Origin: Octopus vulgaris
Taxonomy: Eukaryota
Assembly: GCA_951406725.2 (NCBI GenBank)
Contig: OX597827.1
Span: 48,856,001 to 48,920,000 of the forward strand
Reading direction: 5' to 3'
DNA: 64,000 bases
Of the stretch, positions 41,287 through 54,353 are shown piece after piece. The notes beneath the pieces are model-generated. The model did no database searches. It was given only the letters and a program-made list of their open reading frames with translations, and was not told where the DNA came from. Position numbers and translations under genes: made by a program. Numbering within the stretch: the stretch's first letter is position 1; each line of letters opens with the position of its first letter.

Positions 41287-41517
41287 CAGAGTAAATACAC
41301 AAATAACTATTCACACATAAAGCTCATCCTGCAACTACACAGATAACAACTTAAACTGGACTACACGCAAACGACGACTGTTCACTCTCCCACCAGACAG
41401 ATTAAATTTGGAGTGCCTTGGTTATCACTAAACACGTTCACTTAACCGTGTCGGCCTTCGTTTTAGGGGAAAATATACTGTCCCGTGTCACTAACGCAAG
41501 CGTGTATGTGTGTGTGT

Positions 41518-41555
<38 letters not shown>

Positions 41556-41634
41556 ACGTGCGGGTATTCATGCACCTACTATCTGACTTGTATACCAGCA
41601 GATATTTCATCAGAAAAATGACTGTACATATACA

Positions 41635-41679
<45 letters not shown>

Positions 41680-41892
41680 ACATACATACATGCACACACA
41701 CTAACACCTTCATACCTCACGGCAGTGTCTGCCTATCCAGTTTCACTCACAATGTTTGAGACCATCCAAGGTTGTAGCAAATGTCGCTTGCTCAAGATAT
41801 CAAAGAGACGGATCGAACCATATAATTCATAACTGTGAACAAATCTTCAAGTAGATTTCGAAAGGCTCCGTACCTCCACGCCTCTCTCTCTG

Positions 41893-41923
<31 letters not shown>

Positions 41924-42009
41924 CCTCTCTCTCACTCCACATGCACACGAGAACACACATGTGCACGGTCATGCATGTATGTGTGAGTGTTCATATATAT
42001 GCATATATG

Positions 42010-42293
42010 TATATCACCGTGATCATCGTAACCGACCAGGCTATCAGATGTTGCTACATATCGCTGGTCACAATGCGCTTCGCATTGTTTTTGTTTTCAA
42101 ATAATGCCACCATGCTGGTTAAGCGAGCAGTGCAAGAGAAGAAAGAGTGAGAGAAAGTTGTGGTGAAAGAGTACAGCAGGGATCACCACCACACCCGCAG
42201 GAGCCTCGTGAAGCTTTAAGTGTTTTCACACAATAAACACTCACAAGGCGCGGTCTGAGAATCGAAACCGCGAGTCCGCTACCCTAACCACTG

Positions 42294-42295
<2 letters not shown>
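42010..42295 (-). mobile_element. SINE head B + a different tail (Z)
   Basis: Head B and ccacaactttctctcactct body, then an unrelated tail ending tggtcggttacgatgatcacggtgat. Confidence 0.75.
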
Positions 42296-42371
<76 letters not shown>

Positions 42372-42699
42372 GGAGAGAGAGAGAGACTGATGTGTGCATC
42401 TGTGTCTCTACGTCTGTTTTGTGTCTGTGTGAAAGAGGGAGAGAGCACAAGGAGGAAAATGATACATGCTTTTATTATTTAAAACCCATTAGTAAATTTG
42501 TGTATTCGGCCTGGGATTATGTCGCTGAATTGAACTAAGAAACTCAAAGTTATCAACTACAACGTCACTCTGCAGTCGGTAAATACGATTTTGAACGAAT
42601 TATCTAATACGAATTCTTATATCTGCATATAATGAACATAATCTTGAGAGAAGTGAATATATCTATCTATCTATCTATCTATCTATCTCTCTATCTATC

Positions 42700-42770
<71 letters not shown>

Positions 42771-43789
42771 CCTCCTCCGTTAAACATATATATAGATAGA
42801 GAGAATAATTTTTCGACTTACAGCTGTAGTTCCTAAATCTACAATTTTATATAAGAAATACAAACGTCATTATCTAGCTTAAACATATCCCAGTATTATG
42901 GCTTTATTCACAGATCTCTTCTTGAACAGGTTCAGCTGTTACTCATGCCAAAATGTTCTGGACATATACTCTGGCATAGCTTCGATAGTTAATCCAGATT
43001 TTACGGCCTCACTGCATTTCGCGGAACCGCAGATATTTGCTCCTTTCGTCGCAAGTATATTTTCTAAATTTAATTTTCCATTATCCAGCTAATTCCATTT
43101 ATCCGTAAGTCCGGAATATATTGGCAGATTTCCTGCCTGGTCAAAGTGGAATTCAGAAATCCACTTATTTTGTAAGAGTTTAGAGTTTGCTATGACGGAA
43201 AGCAAAAATGAGCCAATGCGTTTAGTGTGCGCGAGAATTTATCAGAAAATGTTCAAATATAATTCATATATTCACATATACATCATTTGCATTGGTAGTT
43301 ACTTTTACAATTTGTTATCTCAATTCAATAAGACTTAAGGAAAATCTAATATAATTTTTTAAGTCGTAAATATGAAGCCGATGTCCATAGGAAAGGGAAT
43401 CTTCTCCAATTTTATATTAATAGATTTACGAAGAACATAAATATAACCCTTGGAACGCCCACATGTCATTGGTCAACTTATTACAGTATTCGTTTCCCGT
43501 AAGACAGGTCACGGGTTCAAATTCTACTAAGAACCAATATACTCCACTTCTTGCTCTTACCAACAAAATATTCCTAGAACAAATTGCTTTTATGCTTTTG
43601 TCGTTGCTGTAATCGTCTTAGCATGTCTTATATTGTTCCAAGAATAGATACAATTCGGACTACATTATCCCTTGTGTCCTTCGTTTACAAAGATGGAAGT
43701 GAACGATTTTATGAGAAGTTTTCTAACATTTCTAGCATGTGTAGTGACCACGTAATTCTGTCTCGCTTGTGCTTGATGTTTATACGTGT

Positions 43790-44124
43790 TTCTCCGTCGG
43801 TCATGACGACGAGGGTTCCAGTTGATCCGATCAACAGAACAGCCTGCTCGTGAAATTAACGTGCAAGTGGCTGAGCACTCCACAGACACGTGTACCCTTA
43901 ACGTAGTTATCGGGAAGGCTCAGCATGACATAGGGTGTGACAAGGCTGGCCCCTTTGAAATACAGGTACAACAGAAACAGAAAGAAAGAGTGAGGGAAAT
44001 TTGTGGTGAAAGCTTTAGGGTGGTTTCGCTCAAAAAACACTCACAACGCTCGGTCTGGGAATCGAAACCGCGATCCCACTACTGCGAGTTCGCTGCCCTA
44101 ACTACTGGGCCATTGTGCCTCCAC
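43790..44124 (-). mobile_element. SINE head B + tail Y with internal deletion
   Basis: Homology with 23312-23694. Confidence 0.85.
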
Positions 44125-44377
44125 GCGTGATGTTATAAGTCATCCATGTAGGCAACAATGTCGTAGTTGTTGTCATTGTTGTTGTTTTTGTTGTTGTTGC
44201 TGCTACTGCTGCTGCTGATGATGATGATGACGACGACGACGACGACGATGATGATGTTTTTTCTTGTGTGTTGCCTCGGGCCAGTTCAACGCGAGCAGAG
44301 TCAGGGCATGCAAGTAGTCAACTATGAAACTACGCTCACACCACAGATCTACTTGTTTCACAGACTCCATTCCTCAA

Positions 44378-44590
44378 ACGTAAGGTCGTGGTTTCTCCTC
44401 CCGGACCACCGGTGCGCTGTATTCTCGAACAAAATATACTTTATTTCACATCGCTCCAGTCCACTCAGCTGTAAACGAGCAAACTCTGCGACGGACTGGC
44501 GTCTGGTTACAGGAGGGTCCCATGATCTCAGTCACTAATACGTCATGGAAACCAGATAAGTGCCCCTACCAGTCCTCTGACTCGAGACAG
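44378..44590 (+). mobile_element. Old SINE head A + X-like tail
   Basis: gtaaggtcgtggttt...tttatttcacatcgctccagtccactcagctg...ctgcgacggactggcgtc. Confidence 0.6.
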
Positions 44591-44705
44591 TAGGGTCTAC
44601 GTTTGACATCCATCTTCATCTATCCCTCTTGTTGAGGATTACACTGCAGTCTACGTCATTCACTTTGATTAGTCATAGGCTATGTAGTGTTACATTACGG
44701 GCATA

Positions 44706-45324
44706 TACGAGGAGAAATCAAAAATTATCCGCACTATCCGCAAAACATACTTTACTAATAGAGGTCATACGATCGACGATTGAGACTGATCACGCCATTT
44801 TTCTTTCTGGCTTTACAGTGTAAACATAGCCGCTCCACTAGCAGTGGCTACCAAAGAAGAGCAAAAAGCAGTGATCCCATTTCGCTGCTCGGAGGCTTTT
44901 AGCACAATACGAGGTCAGTGAACTACCACGTAAAAGTGTGTATGGGTGACTCGAGAAATTTACAGGTGGCCAGACAAACGTGACGCACGAAAAGGGAACA
45001 GGATACCCGTCAATCTCCACCAGTGATGAGAAGATTCAGTAAGCTCGAGTGGTGGTAACAGTGAACCGGTTCACCATTACCATATCTCGAATCACTGCTC
45101 TTTGTCCTTTGTCAGATCACTGCTTTTTGTTCTTCTTTGGTGCCCATTGCTAGTAGAGCGGCATTGCTTACACTGTAAAGCCAGAAAGAAAAATGGCGTG
45201 ATCAGGCTCAAACTTCGATCACGTGACCACAATACTACCAACTATAAGCATGCCTGTGCAAAAGGCAGTGTGGCAATAATTAAGTTATGGCGAAAGTGCG
45301 GATAATTTTTGACTTACCCTCGTA
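44706..45324. mobile_element. Mariner-derived MITE-like element made of two left ends
   Basis: TIRs tacgaggagaaatcaaaaattatccgcac / gtgcggataatttttgacttaccctcgta; inverted internal duplication 44788-44876 vs ~45115-45204 covering the transposase start (AAPLAVATKEEQKAVI). Confidence 0.8.
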
Positions 45325-45954
45325 ATTATTTGTTTCAAATTTTGGCAGAAGGTAAGCAATTTCGGGGGAGAGGCTGAGTCGATTAAACTGTTATCGACAC
45401 TCCAAAATATGAAAGGTGACACCGACAGCGGAGATATCTGAACTCAGAACGTAAAGCTGGAAGAAATGCTAAGCATTTTGTCCAACAGTTCTACCAGCAC
45501 GTTGCTTTTCGATTCATTAATATTGATCCCATTGTAAATGAATGATGCAGCGTTGACATGCTCCAGTCTTATAACTCCTTCGCGATACATAGAATAACTC
45601 CTTCGCAATACATAGAATGCATTTGTGAGAAAAGTATCATTAAGCAAATGTACGATATCCTACACATCGGCGTCAAAGATTATATATTAATAAAGTAGGT
45701 TGATTAATCAGTAAGGTGATAACAACAAAAATAACATAAATTAGACAACAGTTATTTCAGAGACCCCGAATCCACAGACAGACTAACAACATTTCACCTC
45801 CTTTTCGCTAGTAATATTGTTTTAAAATTAGCAATGATGTCGCAACATTATATTTCCTTTCCTCAAATAACATAGTTATCTTAAGTCTAAGCTTAATGAA
45901 TGATTTACACTGAAAATGACGCCATGTAGTATGGTGTGAAGCGGATGACACGGC

Positions 45955-46611
45955 GATTGGTACTTACTTTATCAACCCCGAAAGGATGAAAGGCAAAGTC
46001 GACACCGGCGGAATTTGAACTCAAAACGTACGCTAAGCATTTTGTCCGGCGTGCTAACAATTCTTATTTCTTTATGGCCCACAGGGGGCTAAACATAGAG
46101 GGGACAAACAAGGACCGACAAAGAGATTAAGTTGATTACATCGACGCCAGTGCGCAGCTGGTACTTAATTTATAGAGCCCGAAATGATGAAAGGCAAAGT
46201 CGACCTTCGCGGAATTGGAACTCAGAACGTAAAGACAGACGAAATACCTATTTCTTTACTACCCACAAGGGGCTAAACACAGACGGGACAAACAAGGAGA
46301 GAAAAACGGATTAAGTCGATTCTATAGACCCCAGTGCGTAACTGGTACTTAATTTATCGACCTCGAAAGGATGAAAGGCAAAGTCCACCTCGGTGCAATT
46401 TGAACTCAGAACGCAGCGGCGGACGAAATACTGCAAAGCATTTCGCCCTGCGTGCTAACGTTTCTGCCAGCTCGCCGCCATTTTTTACCCTCAGCGTTGG
46501 TGAAGTCATAACATCGTTTGCTTGAACATCAGTAATAGATTGATTAACATTATAAGAAATACCGCTAAGCATTTCGCCCGGCGTGCTAACGTTTCTGCCA
46601 GCTCGCCGCCT
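45955..46611 (-). mobile_element. Cluster of SINE D units (tandem bodies and a duplicated head)
   Basis: Repeated gaaaggatgaaaggcaaagtcgac...gaactcagaacg; head gctaacgtttctgccagctcgccgcc at ~46455-46480 and ~46585-46611. Confidence 0.85.
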
Positions 46612-46939
46612 TGGCACGGTGAGATACTACATGAAGTACAGACTGTAATAAAAACATTAAGATTAATTCAAGCTAATGTTGTTTTATTCAGTAAATGGAC
46701 AGATCAAACGTCTAAATCACCAGTTTACTGGAATAGTTCAGATTTATAAAAGTTCAAAAGTCTGGATTAAAATGGCAGCATAAATTATAATTTAAACTGC
46801 CGTTTAAATTATTTTTGCTTCAGAAAATTTCACTTTATTCTTCCGTGGAAAATTTCAATTAAGTCTTCAGTTTGAAACTTTAGATATTTATGACGTGTAC
46901 AAAGTTTCATATTAAAATTATTTAATAATAATAATAATG

Positions 46940-46985
<46 letters not shown>

Positions 46986-46987
<2 letters not shown>

Positions 46988-47485
46988 TGTTATCATGTAC
47001 ATTGTTTTGTCTTGGTATAAAAGATGGGCTACAGCAAATATTCTGCTCAATACCACAGATTTGCTTGTCAGTTGTTTGACCTTAACCAGTTGAGCATGTC
47101 CCTTAGTGGCTGACGATATGTGCATCTCTGATCATGAGCAGAAGTAATTGGGGAGCATCATAGCCATGTGTTGAGAGGGATTCTTTGGGGTTTGAATAAT
47201 TCACCTTTGGAAACATGAGTGTTTTGTTCAACATCCTTAAGTAACCCTTATTTAGGGACCTTTTGAACAGGATGGGTTACTCGACCTGAAGAAAATTTTA
47301 AGTGGGCCCCCACCTGCAAGGTCATGTGCTGTTTATCTTGATATTAGATCACCATGTCGCGCACATATGGTTGTGATGCATGTGCCTGGGGTACCCTTAT
47401 CAGACAGGTAGTCATGATGGGTATACTGGGCTTCGTAAATTTTACCCCAGTGTCACTTTGATGGCATGCACTGCTCTCTCACTCA
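46986..47485 (+). mobile_element. ~500 bp non-coding element inserted in (TAA)n (probable LINE 3' UTR or partner SINE)
   Basis: Higher-GC unique block with (taa)n on both sides; no ORF recognised. Confidence 0.55.
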
Positions 47486-47519
47486 ATAATAATAATAATA
47501 ATAATAATAATAGTAATAG

Positions 47520-47735
47520 TTTCAAATTTTTTCACAAGGGCAGCAATTTTCGAGGAGGGGATGAGTCGATTACATTGACCCCAGCCCAGTGTTCAACTTT
47601 TACTTAATTTATCGACCCCGAAAGGATGAAATGCAAAGTCGACTTCGGCGGAATCTGAACCCAGAAAGTAAAGACGGACGAAATGCCGCTAAGCATTTTA
47701 CCCGGCGTGCTAACGATTCTGTCGGCTTACCGCTT
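47520..47735 (-). mobile_element. SINE D
   Basis: ttatcgaccccgaaaggatgaaatgcaaagtcgacttcggcggaatctgaac...ccggcgtgctaacgattctg. Confidence 0.8.
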
Positions 47736-47779
47736 TCAAATAGAAAAATAATAATTATTATTATTATATAACAATATAA

Positions 47780-49420
47780 TTATATAACAAAGGAAATTAT
47801 ATAAGAACTAAAACCAAATCTCACTGAATTAAATGAAATTATTTACGATGGCGTGAAGATGGGAGGTTGGTATGCAGAAACCTCAGCAGAATTCCAAAGT
47901 GGTAAAGTAAAAATGAAAAAGAGATTGAAATAATGACAGGTGAAATATCAATATTGAATGAACTAACCTGTGGAAACGATGTAAAAACCGGAAAAGGAAG
48001 ACAAATGAAGAGAAAATATACATTCTCACCAATTGAAGAGCTGCTTTCAGAAAAAGAAACACTGCATTAAAAAATCCAAGCAAAAGCTCCAAAAATACGA
48101 AGACTTGTGAAAAGAAACAAATTTTACAAGCAAAATAAGCTGTTCACATCCAGTGCGAATACATTCTACAGAGAAATAGGGAAGGCGAAAATAGCCGTCG
48201 AAGACCAAACCTGTGCCATGGAAGAAGTTGAAAAGTTCTGGAAAAATATTTGGAGTGATGAAAAGACTTACAAAGGAAAATACAGACTGAATTAGAAGCA
48301 CATAAGGATCCTACCAAAACTTACCAGAACCAACATGAGAAGATATCACAATAGCAGACCTAAAAACGACATTCATGAAGGCTCATAAGTGGAAATCTCC
48401 TGGTAATGATAGGGTGCCAAGTTTCTGATTTGACTCACTCTCGTGCGCACACAAAAAGTTAGTCCAGTTATTCAATGCAATTATGAGAGATCCTACGAAA
48501 ACACCTGATTGGTTAGCAAGAGGTATTACTTACCTACTCCCGAAGAATAATGAAACCAAATTTCGCCAAAACTATCGGCCCATAACATGTCTGTCTACCA
48601 CGTATAACATTTTTACATCCATCCTAGTAGAGAAAACATACATATATATGGAACAGAACGATATATTCCCCACTGAACGAAAAGAGGGCCGTCGAGGCTT
48701 GTATGGATGCAAAGACCAACTCTTAATCAATCACATGATCCTTGAGAACTTTCATAACACACGAAGAAATATCAGTTCTGAATGGATTGATTATAAAAAG
48801 GCCTTTAACAACACACTGAATTCATGGATCTTGAAATCGCTGGATATCTTCAATATTTCTCTGGTAATTTCAAACTTCCTGAAGCACAACGCGGCAGTGT
48901 GGAATACGAATCTTCAACTATACCACTCTAATAGAGTACTGACCACAAGAATTATTAATATCAACTACGGCATTGTCCAAACGGACTCACTATCACCTTT
49001 AATTTTTGGTATAGCCCTAACGCCTCTTTCAAGTGAAGTTAACAGGACAGGGTATAAATATAAAATTGGCAACAAGAAAATAAGTCATCTATTTTATATG
49101 GATGACTTAAAACTCTATGGTAAAAACGATAACGAGCTTGAAGGACTATTACGTACCGTGAAAGCATTCATTGTTGATATAGGGATGGAATTTGGACTTG
49201 ATAAATGTGCTACGGCCACTTTCCAAAAGGAGAAACCGAAAACCTCACGTTCAGTGGAGTTGGATGTTGACACTGTCATAAAAGAACTTGAGCAGGAACA
49301 AACTTGTAAATAGCTCGGAATAAATGAGAGCTCTGGCATTCAGCATGCAAGTATGAAAGAGAATATCAGGAGAGTTCGAGCAGTCCTAAAATCTGAGTTA
49401 AATGCACGTAACAAGGTGTT
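47780..49420 (+). mobile_element. R4/Dong-like LINE reverse transcriptase fragment (ORF 48483-49313), degraded
   Basis: PDWLARGITYLLPK, NYRPITCLST, GCKDQLLIN, WIDYKKAF, DSLSPLIF, HLFYMDDLKLY, FGLDKC. Confidence 0.92.
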
Positions 49421-49668
49421 CCTTAGCAAATGAAGACTAAAACACATGACCATACACACACACACACACACACACACTTTTCACAAGGAGACAGATGTAC
49501 ACACACACACACGCGCACAAACACACAAACATATGAATATGCAGAATGCATACATATAAACCTACACACATACATACATATATATATATATGCATACACA
49601 CACATACATGCATAAACACATGGATGCATGTATACATACATACATACATACATACATACATACATACA

Positions 49669-49699
<31 letters not shown>

Positions 49700-50075
49700 G
49701 TGTATGCGCACGCAAACAGCCCCACAAACACGCGCACAAACAATCACAAAGAAAGCAGCTTGGATAACGCACAGAGTCAACGACTATTGAAAAGGTTGCA
49801 GGACGCAACAAAAATTTTAGAAAAAATAAATAAATGAGTAGAAACTAAACCGTGAGAGTGGTAAATGATAATGCACAAAAAGAGAATGACTCTCTCCAGA
49901 CACAACAGAATATGCTTCAACACACGAATTTACATAAAGCATCTTGCAAACCAAATCCCAAAACGAAAGATATATATAAAGTTAATCCAAACATGAAACA
50001 CAAAGAGAAAACACAACGCGAGGACGTGGAACAAGTATAGTGTTATTGGACGCTCAGGAAGGAAAGAAGGCAGGA

Positions 50076-50112
50076 GTTAACGTTTCCAGCGGAGCTCTTC
50101 GTCGTCAGAAAC
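50076..50112 (-). ncRNA. Degenerate minimal hammerhead-like motif in a TA-flanked element (~49975-50195)
   Basis: Reverse complement: gttt CTGACGA cgaagagc tcc gctg GAAA cg TT aac; flanks resemble 17760-17965. Confidence 0.5.
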
Positions 50113-51313
50113 ATAGAAAAAGGAAAGATCCAAGGAAGGGAAGACGAAGGAAAAAAATCGCCAACGATACACACGCTGTCACATATTGAAATGTAAATAT
50201 ATATTGAAAAATATATATATATATATATATATATACAACACACACACGGCGAATAGCTTTGGGACTAGGTTTCCGTCTAAGAAACCCACTCATAAGATTT
50301 TAATCTACCCTGCGCTATAGTAAAAAATATTCCCCAAATATGCCTCGTAGAGGGATTGAACCAACCCCAAACCATATACTATGAAACGAACTGCTTAACA
50401 CACATTCACTACAGTGCTTATACCATGCAGATAGAAGTGAATCTTTTATTCAAAGAGAAATCCCAGTATGTGTTTAAAATCAGAAGACTAACCTCGAATT
50501 TTAAGCTAAAGCCTGCTTCGAGGCAGAAGCGGATCATTCAATGATAGAAGAACAGTCTTTTGTGGAATATAGAAGAATGAACATGCATTTGACTGTAAAT
50601 TCGCTTAGATTTATAAGGACGGTTTTGCTTCTAACCTCAAGCGGTGTAAGAATTACATCAAAGACTCACAACTCAGCGGAGAGGTTTGTTACGACGTAAT
50701 TAAATTGCCGATGGATATAAAAGCATTGGTGAATTAGAACTGAAAACGAATTGATATATTTGTTACTTACCATCAATTCTTGCTGAAAAGCTGTGGGTGT
50801 GTTCAATTTTGAGAGAAAAAATTGTGTTCCTTGTGTGTTCCTTAAAATGAGATTTTCGTTGAACGAAAATATCATTATCGCTTATGCGATAAAATGATCA
50901 GGTGTTCGAAATTTTAACTTTTTTGCTTGTTGAATATGATGAATGACTTGTCAGTGATTGTGAGTAATCCCAACTACCCAGTATACGGTTTCATTATACA
51001 AGGATGAATAACGATGCCAAATTTCCTTCTGTCCGTGGTTTCTTTCTCTCATAAAATACTTACAATTTTGTATCAGATATATTACAATCTAGCAACATAT
51101 GTTGCTTTCCCAAGTTAATATATAATATGTTTTCACTTGTATTTTACCTTATCCAACCTTACTCAAAGTGTTGGCCATCACAAAATCTCTCATCCCATAC
51201 AATTATTCTTTCCCTTTCAATCGGGCAGTGTTCTATGGCTTACTTCGTTTCTTGCAAACTATCCCAGATCAGATAACACAATTCTCTTTTAGTTAATTCT
51301 AAACGTGATAAAA

Positions 51314-51649
51314 TGTACCTGTTCAGTTATGCTTGGGCATATTCGAACTCGTGAGAAAACCACTCACTGAATTTTGTCAAGAAAAGAATTTTTCATTGTA
51401 GATAAATCAGTTCGAAGCGCTCTCTAACAAGACTGATGGATGGATGCATTTCGGAGTGGTTATCTCCATTTTCCGTTATCTGATGCTGAAGAAGAGATAA
51501 CGACTTCGAAATGCATGTATCTAGCCGTCTGCTTAGAATACGATTCGAATTGATTTACCGTATACTTCTAAATCTTCTCTATGACAAAATACAATGATTG
51601 ATTTTGTCACAGCTTCCAATATGCCCCAAGCATATTTGAACTGGTAACA
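51314..51649. repeat. Inverted-repeat element with a hammerhead at its centre (51482-51521, +)
   Basis: ~150 bp diverged arms; plus arm gatg CTGAAGA agagataacgacttc GAAA tgca TG tatc; the inverted arm reads ggag ataacca ctcc GAAA tgca TC catc. Confidence 0.75.
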
Positions 51650-52250
51650 AGTCAGTATTTATTTAATTCTATTCTTCATTTGCGAAACAGACAAAATTTT
51701 CCTTTTCTACTCCTCGTTTTTCGATATCTAACTACAACCAAAGATTTTATGTGTTCCACTAATCATAGCAGCAGAAATTATTGAGCTATTACAGAATCTC
51801 GCCAATGGATCAATTATTGGTGATGCAGACAATCACCAGTTTCCGAGGATTGCAGACTTTACCGTATATGGAGACTGTTGATAACATTTTATTCTTTGGT
51901 TACTTCGTGAGGTCAGACTATGATAGGTGATATCATCAAAAAGATGTAAAGTCAAGTCATTAGTTAGCATTAAATCTATGATAAGCAAAGGGAATTTTTA
52001 CTGAATATAATTTGCAGCAAATTTGCAGCAGACCGTGATATAAATACGCACCCATTCAAATATATAGGCACTGACGCACACAAACACACAGTTAGAAACA
52101 TACACATGCATATATACATACGTACACGAATATATATATATATGTGTGTGTGTACTCGTACACATATAAAGAAGTAAAAAGTATAGATATGTACGTATTC
52201 GCGTATTTCTGAATACACACACACACGTGCACACAAATAGATACGCGCAT

Positions 52251-52342
<92 letters not shown>

Positions 52343-52879
52343 CGTGTACAGATATATACATATATATATATATAAACACACACACACCTATATAGATATA
52401 TGTACTTCTGCGTACATAGATATATACATGCATGCATACAGTCACATGTATCTGCATGCGTGTGTTCTTTTGCGCGTGCATGTGTGTATGCATAACTTCG
52501 TGCCTATATCTATGTTCTTCTATACAGACAGATACACACACAGACACACTCACACCAATGCACATATAAATATATGTATGTATACGTATATAAATATATA
52601 TATATGTATATACTGATAGACAGACAGAGACAGAAAGAAAGAGGCAGGAACACAGAAGAGAGTCATATAGAAATTAATACCAAGAAGGTTATAACTATGT
52701 TCTTAGACATAGATCCTTCGATTGCAGGTATTGCCGCTGCTCAATTTCCGTTCCAAGTGATGCATTTGGACCACCATATAACCCAACACACAGACAATTT
52801 TTGAAAAAATACACGTGTACACTGTTTGATGTACCCATTTATACCTCTCTAATTTCTCTTTTTGTGTATCAGCGATAAT

Positions 52880-53640
52880 TGTCCTCGAAGATTATTCATT
52901 GTTGGAACTCGGTAGGTGCTTTATCTTGTTTCTACGGTGAATAGAGGAATAGTGAGTAGTCCAACTGCCTGATCTGTTGTCAGAGATGTGTACAATTAAG
53001 TATTGTCATGGTGGACGTGGGTAATTCTTGATCGGTCGTACTCTTAATCGCTTTCTGTAAGCTTTTGGAATGTCCCCATATATCGGTCACTGTTTTGGAT
53101 GCAGTCACATTGTAGGAAATGAAGGAGAATAACACATTTATCATTCGTGAAAACAGCCATCATGAGTTTTGTGCCGATTGCAGGTTCTGGAATATTTAGG
53201 GCCTTGGAGAAAATTTGTGACCCCAATCCATGCACGGAGACTTCGTCACCGGATGATAAAGGTAGGCTCATTTTCGAACCTTTGTCACTAGATCGGAAAA
53301 TGGTCTCTTCGTTTGCTTCAAATGCTCCAAGCAGATCAGGTCACACATATAAACTTCCCTCCTCATATTGAAGAACTACCCACTCTTCAGCTATCTTATG
53401 GAATGCATTGTAACAACAGTCCAATTGGGCAAAAAGATCACGGATATTCAGTCGTCTTTTCGCACGGATTAGTTCATCTACAGACAGCTAATTCGTATCG
53501 GTGGTTGCAGTTGTTTTTCTTCAAATGAATGTTTCCGTGGCTGTTTTGCTCTTCTTAAAATCACACCATTTTGTCCACGTTATTCATGCCAAATGTGTCA
53601 TCATCTCTGTAATCATGTAGCCCTCTGTGAGACACCCTGT
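52880..53640 (-). mobile_element. Old mariner transposase fragment
   Basis: SGDEVSVHG, KLMMAVF, VILLHFLQ, NSDRYMGTFQKL, HHDN motifs; possible TIR acagggtgtctca at ~53628-53640. Confidence 0.65.
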
Positions 53641-54040
53641 GCTACTGATTTTGTCAAGAACTCAATGGCAGCATGCTGCTTCAACTTGGAACCAATTATT
53701 CGCTTGCAAATAAAAGAATACACGAGTATGAGTTGAAAGACTTACTCCTCCAAATTCAACACAATTTGCCCACCTTAGCGTCAATTTCTGTACAAACTTG
53801 CATACGCATACCCACATACATATATACATACATACATACATACATACATACATACATACATACATACATACATACATACATACACACACACATACATAAA
53901 TACATATATACATACACACACACATACGTACATACGTACATACATACATACACACACATACATGCATACATACATACATACATACATACATACATACATA
54001 CATACATACATACATACATACATACATACATACATACATA

Positions 54041-54353
54041 CGTGGCTTAGTGGTTAGGGTATTCCGCTTACGATCGTAAGGTCGTGTGTTCAATTCCCGG
54101 CGACACGTTGTGTCCTTGAGCAAGACATTTTGTTTCCCATTTCTCCGGTCCACTCACCTGGTAAAAATGAGTAGTACCTGTATTTCAAAGGGCCAGTCCT
54201 GTCACACTCTGTGTCACGCAGAACTTCTTAAGAACTACGTTAGAGGGAAAAGTGTATGTGGAGTGCTCAGCCACTTGCAAGTTAATTTCACGAGCAAGCT
54301 GTTCCGTTGATCGTATCAACAGAGACCCTAGTCGTCGTAACCGACGGAATTCC
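54041..54353 (+). mobile_element. SINE head A (CORE-like) + tail Y
   Basis: gtggcttagtggttagg...gtgtccttgagcaagaca...aactacgttagaggg...gtcgtcgtaaccgacgga. Confidence 0.85.
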
